From Alphaproteobacteria bacterium (GTDB taxonomy: Bacteria; Pseudomonadota; Alphaproteobacteria; Rhizobiales; TMED25), in the NCBI GenBank assembly GCA_045565315.1, contig JBJLFO010000001.1:749856-813855 (forward strand): DNA of 64,000 nt, given 5' to 3'. How positions within the stretch are numbered: position 1 is the first letter of the stretch; each line of letters starts with the position of its first letter. Under the pieces are notes generated by a model that was given only the letters and a program-made list of their open reading frames with translations, did not search any database and was not told the origin of the DNA. Below are positions 55,383 to 64,000 of this stretch, piece after piece. The translations under genes were made by a program, and so were the position numbers.

Positions 55383-56375
55383 ATGAAAACAAAATCTATA
55401 AAATTATATGAAGCAGGCAATATAGATAATATGAAATGGGAAGAGACTGATCTGCCTGACCCTTCAAGTGGGGAGGTTCTTCTGAGACATGAATTTATTG
55501 GCTTTAACATGATAGATACTTATCATCGTTCAGGAATTTATCCAACGCCGGAAAAACCATGTGGACTTGGAACTGAGGCCTCAGGTATTATTGAAGATAT
55601 TTCCAAAGATGATATAGATCAGTATTTCAAAGTGGGAGATAGAGTTGCTTATGCAGGAAGTGGGAGTGGTCTTGGAGCTTATTCATATAAAAGAATAATC
55701 AGATCAAAAGATTTGATTAAAGTTCCAGATTGGATGGGGCTAGATATTGCAGCCGCAATATTAACAAAAGGTCGTACCGTAGAATACCTTTTTAATAGGA
55801 CATATAACTTAAAAGAAAATGAATATATATTATTTCATGCAGCAGCTGGAGGTGTCGGTCAAATAGCAGGACAATGGGCACGTTCAATTGGAGCTATAGC
55901 AATAGGCGTCGTGGGAAATAAAAATAAAGAAGAATATGCAAGAAAATGTGGATATAAATTCGTATTTAATATGGAAGATCATGATATTGTTTCCGAAATC
56001 ATGAAAATAACAAATAACAAGGGTGTTGATGTTGTATATGACTCTGTTGGTCTTACAACATGGAATATTTCACTTTCTTGTGTAAAGAAACTTGGACTTA
56101 TAGTTAGTTTTGGAAGTGCCTCTGGTAACCCGCCACTTTACGATATTGCAAAAGATGGTATAAAAAACTCAGCATTTATTCACAGAGCTACGATGGTAAA
56201 TTATATGACATCTAGTAAAATTGCGAGGGACAGTGCCGCGAGAGTTTTTGAAAAAATAAAAAATAAAGAAATACAATTAAATTTAAATAAAAATTACCAA
56301 TTAAAAGATGTGAAAATAGTTCATAGAGATGCAGAGGCTAGAAAAACAATTGGGCAAATTGTTATGAAAGTTTAA
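55383..56375 (+). CDS. Quinone oxidoreductase-like medium-chain dehydrogenase/reductase (zeta-crystallin type)
   Basis: MDR fold with HAAAGGVGQ nucleotide-binding motif; no catalytic-zinc Cys pattern evident. Confidence 0.8.
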   Translation: MKTKSIKLYEAGNIDNMKWEETDLPDPSSGEVLLRHEFIGFNMIDTYHRSGIYPTPEKPCGLGTEASGIIEDISKDDIDQYFKVGDRVAYAGSGSGLGAYSYKRIIRSKDLIKVPDWMGLDIAAAILTKGRTVEYLFNRTYNLKENEYILFHAAAGGVGQIAGQWARSIGAIAIGVVGNKNKEEYARKCGYKFVFNMEDHDIVSEIMKITNNKGVDVVYDSVGLTTWNISLSCVKKLGLIVSFGSASGNPPLYDIAKDGIKNSAFIHRATMVNYMTSSKIARDSAARVFEKIKNKEIQLNLNKNYQLKDVKIVHRDAEARKTIGQIVMKV

Positions 56376-57403
56376 CTATACTCCATAAAATCTATGAGAT
56401 TTTCAATTGAGGGTTTTATTTCCCCCGCATGAATCTTTTTCGTGATATTTACAATTTTCTGATTAATTGCAGTGTCTATTCCCATTTCTTTCCCCATCTT
56501 TACAACAAGACCATTAATTTCATCAACTTCACTGTAACGACCCTTAAGATGATCGTGAAAAACAGCGTCTCTTGCATTCGGTCCGATATCTTTTATTAAT
56601 TTATCTAGCATTAACTCAATAGGGTTATTGGAATTATTAATTTGGTCTTCGCTTAGACCAAATATCGGTACAATTTTGTAACCTCTTCTCTGGCCTACTA
56701 AAAGAGCTTCTGTACCAATTTTCATTATAATTTCTCTCATTCCTGTTATCTTGAATCCTTCATATAAACTAGTTCCTAGCATTGCGAAAGGACCCATACA
56801 CATTGCATTAATAATTAGTTTCATCCACTTTGCAGATACAATATCTTCTATAATATCAACATTGCCAACAGATGAGAGGATTTTTTTTATCTCAGGCAAG
56901 CGAGTTTCCATAGAATTACATAGCGCTCCAATACCAAACCAAGTCTTCTGATTTGGTGTATCTCTTTGAATTATGCCAGGTGTGAATAATTCAGATGATA
57001 ACTCAACAACACAACCGAGAGTCCTATCAGATCCAACAATGTCAGAAATTCTATCATTAGTCATAGCATTTTGTACCCCGATTATGATAGCTTCTGCATT
57101 TAGATAGGGTGTAATTAGTTTAGTCACCCACTGTGTATCGTAAGCTTTAACAAATAAGAATACATAATCAAATTTTATATTCATCTCTGCCAATTGACAT
57201 AAATGATAAGCAGATACATTTACTTTTTTGGTCTCATCGGGAAGATTTATTACCAAGCCGTTGCTATTCATTGAATTAACATGATCCGGCCACTGATCAA
57301 TTAAAATAACATCGTATTTATCTTGGGTCATATCTGCTGCAGCACAACTTCCATTTGCCCCAGTTCCAAGGATTGCAATTTTTTTATTAGAAAGATCTAT
57401 CAT
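56372..57403 (-). CDS. 2-dehydropantoate 2-reductase (ApbA/PanE) family oxidoreductase, second paralog
   Basis: IAILGTGANGS Rossmann motif. Colinear with 2368..3402 (shared LIDQWP, FLFVKAYDT, GVQN, ELSSELF, SAKWMKL blocks). Confidence 0.75.
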   Translation of the reverse strand: MIDLSNKKIAILGTGANGSCAAADMTQDKYDVILIDQWPDHVNSMNSNGLVINLPDETKKVNVSAYHLCQLAEMNIKFDYVFLFVKAYDTQWVTKLITPYLNAEAIIIGVQNAMTNDRISDIVGSDRTLGCVVELSSELFTPGIIQRDTPNQKTWFGIGALCNSMETRLPEIKKILSSVGNVDIIEDIVSAKWMKLIINAMCMGPFAMLGTSLYEGFKITGMREIIMKIGTEALLVGQRRGYKIVPIFGLSEDQINNSNNPIELMLDKLIKDIGPNARDAVFHDHLKGRYSEVDEINGLVVKMGKEMGIDTAINQKIVNITKKIHAGEIKPSIENLIDFMEYS

Positions 57404-57442
57404 TTATAAATTTGATTTATTATTAAACTATAAGAGTAGAAG

Positions 57443-58177
57443 CTAGGCATCGATTTTCTCACCCTGCCAATCAATAATATCACCACTCTGACTTACATCA
57501 ACGTCATTAATTATATTAACCAAATACTCAGCGGCTTGATCTCTTTCAAATATTTTCTTATTTTTCATCCTATCAGTGAAAGGGCTAGATAGGTTTGTGT
57601 CAACAGTACCTGGATGAAGTCCAATACAAATAGCATTCTTATTTCTGTAAGTAAGTTCTAAAGATAGAGTTTTTATTAACATATTTAGAGCAGCTTTAGA
57701 GGATCTGTAACTATACCAACCCCCAAGATTATTGTCTGAAATACTCCCCAATCTCGCGGAGAGAAAAGCAATTATAGAGGTGTTATTCTTGTTTAAGAGT
57801 GGAGTGAAATATTTTGATATTAAGAATGGACTGAAGGTATTTATTTTAAAAATTTCATGCAAGTATTCGTAACTAATTTCCTTAAATGTTCTTTCGGGCT
57901 TATAGTCCCCAATGTGTAATATGCCAGTTGCATTAATTATTATATCTAAATATCCATAATTATTCTTTATATCCTCAGCGCAGTTTGATATGGATTGCTC
58001 GTCTAGCATATCAATCTGATATTGCTTTTCATGCTTTCTTGTCCTTACAATTTCTATAACTTCATTTTCACTGTCTATTTCAAATATCTTATGAATGATT
58101 GCTGATCCAATACCACCATTGGCACCAATAATAGCTATTTTTGACTTTTTAAAACGAGAATTTTTATTTTTTGTCAT
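57443..58177 (-). CDS. Short-chain dehydrogenase/reductase (SDR)
   Basis: IAIIGANGGIGSA and YRSSKAALN catalytic motif. I prefer ATG at 58177. Confidence 0.8.
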   Translation of the reverse strand: MTKNKNSRFKKSKIAIIGANGGIGSAIIHKIFEIDSENEVIEIVRTRKHEKQYQIDMLDEQSISNCAEDIKNNYGYLDIIINATGILHIGDYKPERTFKEISYEYLHEIFKINTFSPFLISKYFTPLLNKNNTSIIAFLSARLGSISDNNLGGWYSYRSSKAALNMLIKTLSLELTYRNKNAICIGLHPGTVDTNLSSPFTDRMKNKKIFERDQAAEYLVNIINDVDVSQSGDIIDWQGEKIDA

Positions 58178-58304
58178 TATATATAATTCTATGAGTATCA
58201 ATAAATGAAGATTTAAAGTTTAATTTATATTAATTTAAACTATTTTATAGAATAAAACGTAATTTAATAGTCATATTTTATATGATGAGTATTGTAGATT
58301 TATA

Positions 58305-58853
58305 ATGTTAGAAATAAATAAGGAATTTATAAAAAAATTTCAAATCAATAAAGATCGTAAAGATTTTGAGGTTATCTTTAGGTACTACGCGCCAAGAATA
58401 AAATCTTTATTGATAAAGGGAGGGGCAGACTCAGCACAAGCTGAGGACATTATGCACGATACTATGATAAATGTTTGGGAGAAACTTCATATGTATAATT
58501 CTGAAAAAGGTTCATTTAGTTCATGGATTTTCACAATTGCAAGAAATAATAGAATTGATTTATTAAGAAAAAAATCATCAAAGCCATACACAGATATCTA
58601 TGAGATAGAGATAGCTTCTGAAAAAGATAATGGGCAGGATATTGCCGAACAAAAATCACTATCACAGCAAGTAAAAAATGCTATAAATCTTCTCCCTTCA
58701 AAACAAAAAAAAGTTATTGAACTCTCGTTCATGAATGACATGACCCAAGATGAAATTGCATCCAAACTTGATATTCCAATCGGTACAGTGAAATCAAGAA
58801 TGCGTTTAGCTTATCAAAAAATAAAAGATAATTTAAAGGAAATTACAGTATGA
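58305..58853 (+). CDS. rpoE: ECF-type RNA polymerase sigma factor (ChrR-partnered, RpoE-like)
   Basis: Region 2 (SWIFTIARNNRIDLLRK) and region 4 (MTQDEIASKLDIPIGTVKSRMRLA). ATGA overlap with the anti-sigma gene. Confidence 0.9.
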   Translation: MLEINKEFIKKFQINKDRKDFEVIFRYYAPRIKSLLIKGGADSAQAEDIMHDTMINVWEKLHMYNSEKGSFSSWIFTIARNNRIDLLRKKSSKPYTDIYEIEIASEKDNGQDIAEQKSLSQQVKNAINLLPSKQKKVIELSFMNDMTQDEIASKLDIPIGTVKSRMRLAYQKIKDNLKEITV

Positions 58854-59506
58854 AACATCACCCAGACCCAGCAACATTATTAGAATACGCAAGCGGTACT
58901 TTGAGCACACCATTCTCTATTCTAGTATCAGCGCACATTGAGACTTGTCATGAGTCCAAACAAATAGTTAAGGTAGGTGAAGAGATAGGCGGCGACTATA
59001 TAGATAACATTGAACCGAACGAAGAACAGACAATCGATTACAGCGCCTTTCTAAAAAAACTTGATAGCAATGAACTAAAAAATAAGAATAAAAAACATAA
59101 ATATAATTACGACCGAAAATCAGTCATACCTTCAGTACTCCAACCATATATCGGGCAAAATTTTAATAATATTGATTGGTCATTTTTAGCTTTTGGTATT
59201 AAAAAATATCAAGTCAATATTGATAATGATCCAAGTAACTCACTTACATTCTTAAAAATCAAGCCAAAAAAGAAAATACCAGCTCACGGACATACAGGAC
59301 GTGAAATGACCCTTGTGCTGCAAGGCTCATTCGATGATGAACATGGATCTTATGCAGCTGGTGATATTGCGGAACATGATGGTGTTGAAACACATCAGCC
59401 TATTGTATCCTCAGATGAAGATTGCATTTGTATTATATCTACAGAAGGTCCGTTGATATTTAATAATTATCTTGCAAATAAGCTACAATCACTCATTCGT
59501 ATTTAG
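58850..59506 (+). CDS. chrR: ChrR-type anti-sigma factor (N-terminal anti-sigma domain and C-terminal cupin)
   Basis: The N-terminus KHHPDPATLLEYASGTLSTPFSILVSAHIETCHES aligns with R. sphaeroides ChrR as I recall it. The C-terminal cupin carries HGHTGREMT...THQP ligands. Confidence 0.85.
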   Translation: MKHHPDPATLLEYASGTLSTPFSILVSAHIETCHESKQIVKVGEEIGGDYIDNIEPNEEQTIDYSAFLKKLDSNELKNKNKKHKYNYDRKSVIPSVLQPYIGQNFNNIDWSFLAFGIKKYQVNIDNDPSNSLTFLKIKPKKKIPAHGHTGREMTLVLQGSFDDEHGSYAAGDIAEHDGVETHQPIVSSDEDCICIISTEGPLIFNNYLANKLQSLIRI

Positions 59507-60280
59507 ATGTACAAAAACTGGAAATCTGTATGGATTACCGGTGCGAGTTCCGGAATTGGGTATAGCCTGGCAGAGTCACTTGCGGCTTCCGGGGCAACCG
59601 TTGTTGGATCAGCTAGAAGAAAAGATAAATTAACTGAACTGGCATCACGTCACGATAATATAATTCCGATTGAACTCGATGTTTCAAATATTACTGATGT
59701 TAAAAGTAGATATAAGGAAATAAACAAAAATTTTGATAACGGTATTGATTTGGTGATCTTAAATGCAGGTATTAGTAGGCTTTTTACCCTTGAGGATATA
59801 AACAAGAGGTATGCTGATATTATAAAAACTATGGAGACCAACTACTTTGGCGTTACAAATTGTCTCTCAGTAATAATTCCTGATATGATAAAAAGAAAAA
59901 AGGGCCATATTGCAATTATGTCATCTATTGCAGGTTACAGAGGACTTCCAAATTCTATCGCTTATAGCCCTTCAAAAGCTGCTTTAATTAATTTGGCGGA
60001 TATATTAAAATCCGAACTACTTCATCATGGTATTACTGTATCTATAATCAACCCCGGGTTTGTTGATACGGATGCAACAAAAGTTAATAACTTTAATATG
60101 CCAAGTCTTGTTTCAATAGATTATGCTACAAAAAAAATTATTCATGGACTAAGTAAAGAAAAATATGAAATATGTTTTCCTTTTTTGTTATCTTTTACTT
60201 TCAAGATTATGAGGTTCATCCCACATAAATTATACTTTTACATAATTAAAAAATTTATTTGGAAAGAGTCTCCTAAATAA
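59507..60280 (+). CDS. Short-chain dehydrogenase/reductase (SDR), co-operonic with rpoE-chrR
   Basis: VWITGASSGIGYS and YSPSKAALINL motifs. The ATG directly abuts the chrR stop codon. Confidence 0.85.
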   Translation: MYKNWKSVWITGASSGIGYSLAESLAASGATVVGSARRKDKLTELASRHDNIIPIELDVSNITDVKSRYKEINKNFDNGIDLVILNAGISRLFTLEDINKRYADIIKTMETNYFGVTNCLSVIIPDMIKRKKGHIAIMSSIAGYRGLPNSIAYSPSKAALINLADILKSELLHHGITVSIINPGFVDTDATKVNNFNMPSLVSIDYATKKIIHGLSKEKYEICFPFLLSFTFKIMRFIPHKLYFYIIKKFIWKESPK

Positions 60281-60285
60281 ATAAA

Positions 60286-61440
60286 TCATTTTGGCGTTAA
60301 TTTAAATACACTAACGAATATTGATTTTTCTGAAAAACCAGCTTCACAGTAAGATAAATAGTAATTCCATATTCTACTAAATTTTTCATCGTAACCCATA
60401 GTTTTAATTTTGGGCCACTTTTGATTAAATCTCTCTCTCCATAATCTTAGTGTTCTGACGTAGGAAGAATTTAAATCTTCAATAATTTGAACATCTAAAC
60501 CCTCATCATTTGCTTTTTTTATTAGAGTATCTTTACTTGGTAAAAAACCACCGGGAAAAATATACTTTTGAATAAAATCAACCTGATTGCTATATTCTTT
60601 ATATTTTTTATCGGATATAGTTATACCCTGAATGATTGCAAAGCCATCATCTCGTGTACATTCTCTAATCTTTCTCAAGTATAAGGGTAAGTATTTTTCA
60701 CCAACGGCTTCAATCATTTCAATTGAAATAATTTTATTGTAGTTTGTAAATAGATTTCTGTAATCTTTTATATCAAAAGAGCAATTATTGAACGAGTCTT
60801 TAATATTAAGTTTTTTAACAAAGCTTAATTGTTCTTTGGAGATTGTTATTGCATCTATATCTATTTGATTATTGTTAAATAGATATTGAGAGAGAGTTCC
60901 CCAACCACATCCAATTTCAAGTAATTTTTCTCCATCATTTAAAGATAGATAATTCTCAAGTTTTTTAAATTTATTCTTTTGTGCTTCTTCAAGGGTTTGA
61001 TTATCTCTCTCAAAATGTGCACTTGAATATTGCATATTACTATCAAGCCATTCCTCAAAGAAGTCGTTACCCATATCATAATGGGCACGTATATTTTTTT
61101 TCGCTCCTTTTATTGTATTCTTTCGAAAGAGATGAAAAATATATGAAATGTTAATTTTAAATATTTTAAAACGTATCATCTTATCAAAATTTTCTTTATT
61201 TCTTAGATAGAAAATGAAGAAATCAGTTAAATTGCTGCATTCAACATCACCATTAACATAACAATCGCCAAATGCATTGGGTCCACTTAAAAAATAACTA
61301 CTTACAATTTTATAATTATTAAATTTTATTTCTAAAGAGGAGTGTTCGGAGCCAAATAAAAAATATGATTTATCTGGAAATATTAATTTAATTGATCCAA
61401 CTGGTTTCCAATCAAATAGTTTTAATATGTATTTCTTCAT
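60286..61440 (-). CDS. Cyclopropane-fatty-acyl-phospholipid synthase-like SAM-dependent enzyme
   Basis: LLEIGCGWGTL SAM motif and CFA-synthase-family length and C-terminus (YYLSYCEAGF). Confidence 0.85.
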   Translation of the reverse strand: MKKYILKLFDWKPVGSIKLIFPDKSYFLFGSEHSSLEIKFNNYKIVSSYFLSGPNAFGDCYVNGDVECSNLTDFFIFYLRNKENFDKMIRFKIFKINISYIFHLFRKNTIKGAKKNIRAHYDMGNDFFEEWLDSNMQYSSAHFERDNQTLEEAQKNKFKKLENYLSLNDGEKLLEIGCGWGTLSQYLFNNNQIDIDAITISKEQLSFVKKLNIKDSFNNCSFDIKDYRNLFTNYNKIISIEMIEAVGEKYLPLYLRKIRECTRDDGFAIIQGITISDKKYKEYSNQVDFIQKYIFPGGFLPSKDTLIKKANDEGLDVQIIEDLNSSYVRTLRLWRERFNQKWPKIKTMGYDEKFSRIWNYYLSYCEAGFSEKSIFVSVFKLTPK

Positions 61441-61444
61441 TTAA

Positions 61445-62218
61445 TTAATTGTTAGTTTCGCTAAAATAAAAAATTTGGGACTTTGGAGCTAAGGGTTTCT
61501 TCTTTAACCTGAGGCCCTTAAAAAAGAGCTTAATTGCTTCAAGATGGATGGCTAAAATAACCTTAAAGGTCAAAAAAGCATTTCTCTTCAAAGAGCGGAT
61601 CAATTCTTTATCAGATAAATTTACTTTTTTGCTAGTAAAAGAAGCTTTCAATATTGGCTTATTATCTACTTGGAGATTGATCCCCATATTAAATATTCCA
61701 TCACTATCTGTTATCTGAAAACTATAAATACCACTATCACCATTGAAAGGTGATATAAATAATTTTTTTTCACACTTTTGATAGATTGTTTTCTTATAGT
61801 TATCATTAACTGGGATAACGTAAATAACTCGCTGACCAAATGTATTATTTACTTCATAGACCATAACTTCTATTAAGTCATTCTCGTTAAAGCCAATATA
61901 AACTGTTATTGGGTTAAAGACATAGCCAAGAATACGCGGGTATGCAATCATCGAGAAGCGTTTTACAGGCTTTCTTGTTACTACATTATCACGGATCTTT
62001 TCAAGGAAAGTGCCTATACTAACATCATCTCCATGATCTTTATCAAAAATGCTGAAAAGGTTAAATTTATTATAAGAAAAGATTTTTGACTTTTTAAGTG
62101 TATCATGCAAATTATCACAGTCTATCATTACAGCAAAAACATTATAATCAAGCTTATGCTGAATCGGGAAGACTCTTTTATGTATAACTTTTCCAACTAA
62201 TATTTTATTATAATTCAT
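61445..62218 (-). CDS. DUF1365-family protein
   Basis: VIHKRVFPIQHKLDYNVFAVMIDCD N-terminus resembles the DUF1365 pattern. It sits between the amine-oxidase-like and CFA-synthase-like genes, a recurrent triad. Confidence 0.7.
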   Translation of the reverse strand: MNYNKILVGKVIHKRVFPIQHKLDYNVFAVMIDCDNLHDTLKKSKIFSYNKFNLFSIFDKDHGDDVSIGTFLEKIRDNVVTRKPVKRFSMIAYPRILGYVFNPITVYIGFNENDLIEVMVYEVNNTFGQRVIYVIPVNDNYKKTIYQKCEKKLFISPFNGDSGIYSFQITDSDGIFNMGINLQVDNKPILKASFTSKKVNLSDKELIRSLKRNAFLTFKVILAIHLEAIKLFFKGLRLKKKPLAPKSQIFYFSETNN

Positions 62219-62241
62219 GATACGTATAGATAAATTCAGTA

Positions 62242-63546
62242 TTAATTTGCAAGCCTATTCCAGCTTTGATCAGTTGTCCATGGTCTATTTCTTTTTGAAA
62301 TATCCTCAGCAACAAGAAGACCGCTTTGAATCCCATCTTCATGGAATCCATACCCAAGGAAGCTACCACATATCCATATATTATTTTTGCCTTGTTTTTT
62401 AATTATTTCATTTTTTAAAATCCGATTTTTAGTATCGAATATTGGGTGGCTAAATCTTATTACTTTATGAATGGACTCTTCTTTTATTTGAGAGTATGGA
62501 TTTAAGGTCAGGAAAAAATTTAAATTCGTTTTTAGTTTTTGAATACTATTTAGCCAATAGGTAATAGACAAATTTTTGCTATTTTTAGAATTATCTTTTT
62601 TAATATAATTCCAGCTGGACCAAAGTTTTTTTGTTTTAGGCATTTGAGATGAGTCATTATGTAGTATGGCAACATTTTCTTGATATTCAAAGTTAGCAAG
62701 AATTTCTGCTAGTTCAGAGTCAAATGATTGGATTATTTTATAACTCTCATTAGCTGGAGTCGCAAAAATCAATTTATCAAAAGTTTCTTTTTCTTCGTCA
62801 CCAGTTGATATCTCATATTTATTTTTATTTTTCTTAATTGCTATTATTTCAGTATTCAATTTTGTAACGAACGAGCTACTATTCACAATTCCGTCAACAT
62901 ATTTAACACTACCACCGATTATTGATTTCCAGAGGGGTCGTTTGGAAAGTTTAAACAATCCGTGATTTGCAAAGAATCTTACAAAGTCAAGTGCAGGGTA
63001 GTCAAGCATCTTTTCAGGACTACAGGACCATATGGCACTACACATTGGAATAACGTGATTTTGGATAAAATACTCTGAGTATTTTTCTGCTATTAGGAAT
63101 TCTCTTAAAGTTGAATTACTAGCATGTTTTCTTATATTTTTTTCAGCATTTAAGTAAAATTTTCGGATATAAAAGAGTTGCTTCCAGTGGTTCAAATTAA
63201 ATAAATTTTTGATTTGTCCAAAATAGCCAGTTAAACCCGATCCTGAATACTCATAATTTAATGAGTCAACAGAAAGAGAAAAACTCATATCTGAGCTATA
63301 TGAATCGATCTTAAGATTTTCAAATAATTTTATTAGATTCGGATAATTCTCATCATTATAAACCATAAATCCTGTATCTATATTTACTATATTATCAACA
63401 TCTTTGACTTCTACCGTGTGAGCATGCCCTCCAAGATAACTATTTTTCTCAAAAAGAACCACCTCACTATCTTTTGATAAATGCCATGCTGCGGATAAGC
63501 CTGAAATACCTCCGCCAATAATTCCTATTTTTTCAGTTATACTCAT
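62242..63546 (-). CDS. FAD/NAD(P)-binding amine-oxidase/phytoene-desaturase-like oxidoreductase
   Basis: IGIIGGGISGLSAAWHL dinucleotide-binding start; 434 aa. Confidence 0.8.
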   Translation of the reverse strand: MSITEKIGIIGGGISGLSAAWHLSKDSEVVLFEKNSYLGGHAHTVEVKDVDNIVNIDTGFMVYNDENYPNLIKLFENLKIDSYSSDMSFSLSVDSLNYEYSGSGLTGYFGQIKNLFNLNHWKQLFYIRKFYLNAEKNIRKHASNSTLREFLIAEKYSEYFIQNHVIPMCSAIWSCSPEKMLDYPALDFVRFFANHGLFKLSKRPLWKSIIGGSVKYVDGIVNSSSFVTKLNTEIIAIKKNKNKYEISTGDEEKETFDKLIFATPANESYKIIQSFDSELAEILANFEYQENVAILHNDSSQMPKTKKLWSSWNYIKKDNSKNSKNLSITYWLNSIQKLKTNLNFFLTLNPYSQIKEESIHKVIRFSHPIFDTKNRILKNEIIKKQGKNNIWICGSFLGYGFHEDGIQSGLLVAEDISKRNRPWTTDQSWNRLAN

Positions 63547-63576
63547 GTCTAAAATTTCTACCTTTTTAAATAAAAT

Positions 63577-63605
63577 TGATCTATGCTGTATTTGTATACG
63601 TTAAG
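63577..63605 (+). promoter_or_regulatory. Candidate ECF (ChrR-partnered sigma-E type) promoter: TGATC-N17-CGTTAAG
   Basis: TGATC at 63577..63581, exact 17-nt spacer, CGTT at 63599..63602, about 29 nt before the DUF2177 ATG. It resembles the TGATC...CGTA pattern I recall for this ECF group. Confidence 0.35.
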
Positions 63606-63630
63606 TATTTATCAATCAAACGGTATAGTT

Positions 63631-64000
63631 ATGTCAAAGTACTTCCTAACATATATTATTGTCCTAACAATATTCTTGGCTATTGATGCTGTATGGCTTG
63701 GTCTAATTGCAAAAAAATTCTACTTTAGTAATCTTGGATATATTCTTGCAGATCGACCTAATATGGTTGCTGCTGGTTTATTCTATTCATTATATGTGAT
63801 TGGGATACTCATCTTCTCGACTATTCCTGCCCTTAAAGAAAATTCATCCTCAATAGCAATAATCTACGGAGCTTTATTCGGTTTTTTTGCATATTTGACA
63901 TATGATATGACAAACTATTCAACCATAAGGGATTGGCCTCTTCAAGTTGTATTTGTTGATACTATTTGGGGAACATTTCTAACTGCCACTTCCTCTTATC
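63631..64000 (+). CDS. DUF2177-family membrane protein; partial, runs off the right edge
   Basis: Absent from the track because no stop lies in the window. My translation reads MSKYFLTYIIVLTIFLAIDAVWLGLIAKKFYFSNLGYILADRPNMVAAGLFYSLYVIGILIF... This is a small multi-helix membrane protein of the type found next to ChrR regulon genes. Confidence 0.65.
   Translation, partial: MSKYFLTYIIVLTIFLAIDAVWLGLIAKKFYFSNLGYILADRPNMVAAGLFYSLYVIGILIFSTIPALKENSSSIAIIYGALFGFFAYLTYDMTNYSTIRDWPLQVVFVDTIWGTFLTATSSY

Noticed and set aside
58236-58262. TAAAC-N17-CGTAA upstream of rpoE as an autoregulatory ECF promoter
   Set aside because: Only 3 of 5 positions match in the -35 element. This is too weak to call as a feature, so it is mentioned only as a secondary candidate in the promoter finding.

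Overview
AT-rich window (roughly one-third G+C by eye), very gene-dense, about 70 genes. Gene order is typical of Alphaproteobacteria: rplS-leuCD-leuB-asd, sdhCDAB, mdh-sucCD, priA-atpHAGDC, and rplU-rpmA-obg-proBA-nadD-rsfS-rlmH-ctpA-rppH. The composition and compaction suggest a streamlined marine lineage, but that is inference and I cannot name the organism. Most of the window is core housekeeping. Three blocks look accessory or deserve attention. (1) 1-9757 is a catabolic island with no regulator gene. It has two MLE-type enolase-superfamily paralogs, two transporters, two NAD(P) oxidoreductases, and a tightly coupled amidase/cyclase/cupin/cupin operon. I cannot place it in any pathway I know. 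(2) 23488-34085 is a nearly complete early-cobalt-insertion (Cbi-type) corrin pathway, from uroporphyrinogen III to cobyrinate a,c-diamide. It includes a long-form CbiX with an MxCxxC motif and a His-rich tail, and a CbiG-CbiH fusion. I see no B12 riboswitch and no precorrin-2 dehydrogenase. A gamma-carbonic-anhydrase-like gene is appended, followed by a small membrane protein with strong expression signals. (3) 55383-64000 holds an ECF sigma / ChrR-type anti-sigma pair with the conserved singlet-oxygen regulon genes (SDR, CFA-synthase-like, DUF1365, FAD amine-oxidase-like, DUF2177). These two are the only dedicated regulators I can see in the 64 kb. I found no rRNA, tRNA, CRISPR array, transposase or prophage genes. 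All calls come from reading the translations and the DNA by eye. No searches or computations were run, and start codons are best guesses.
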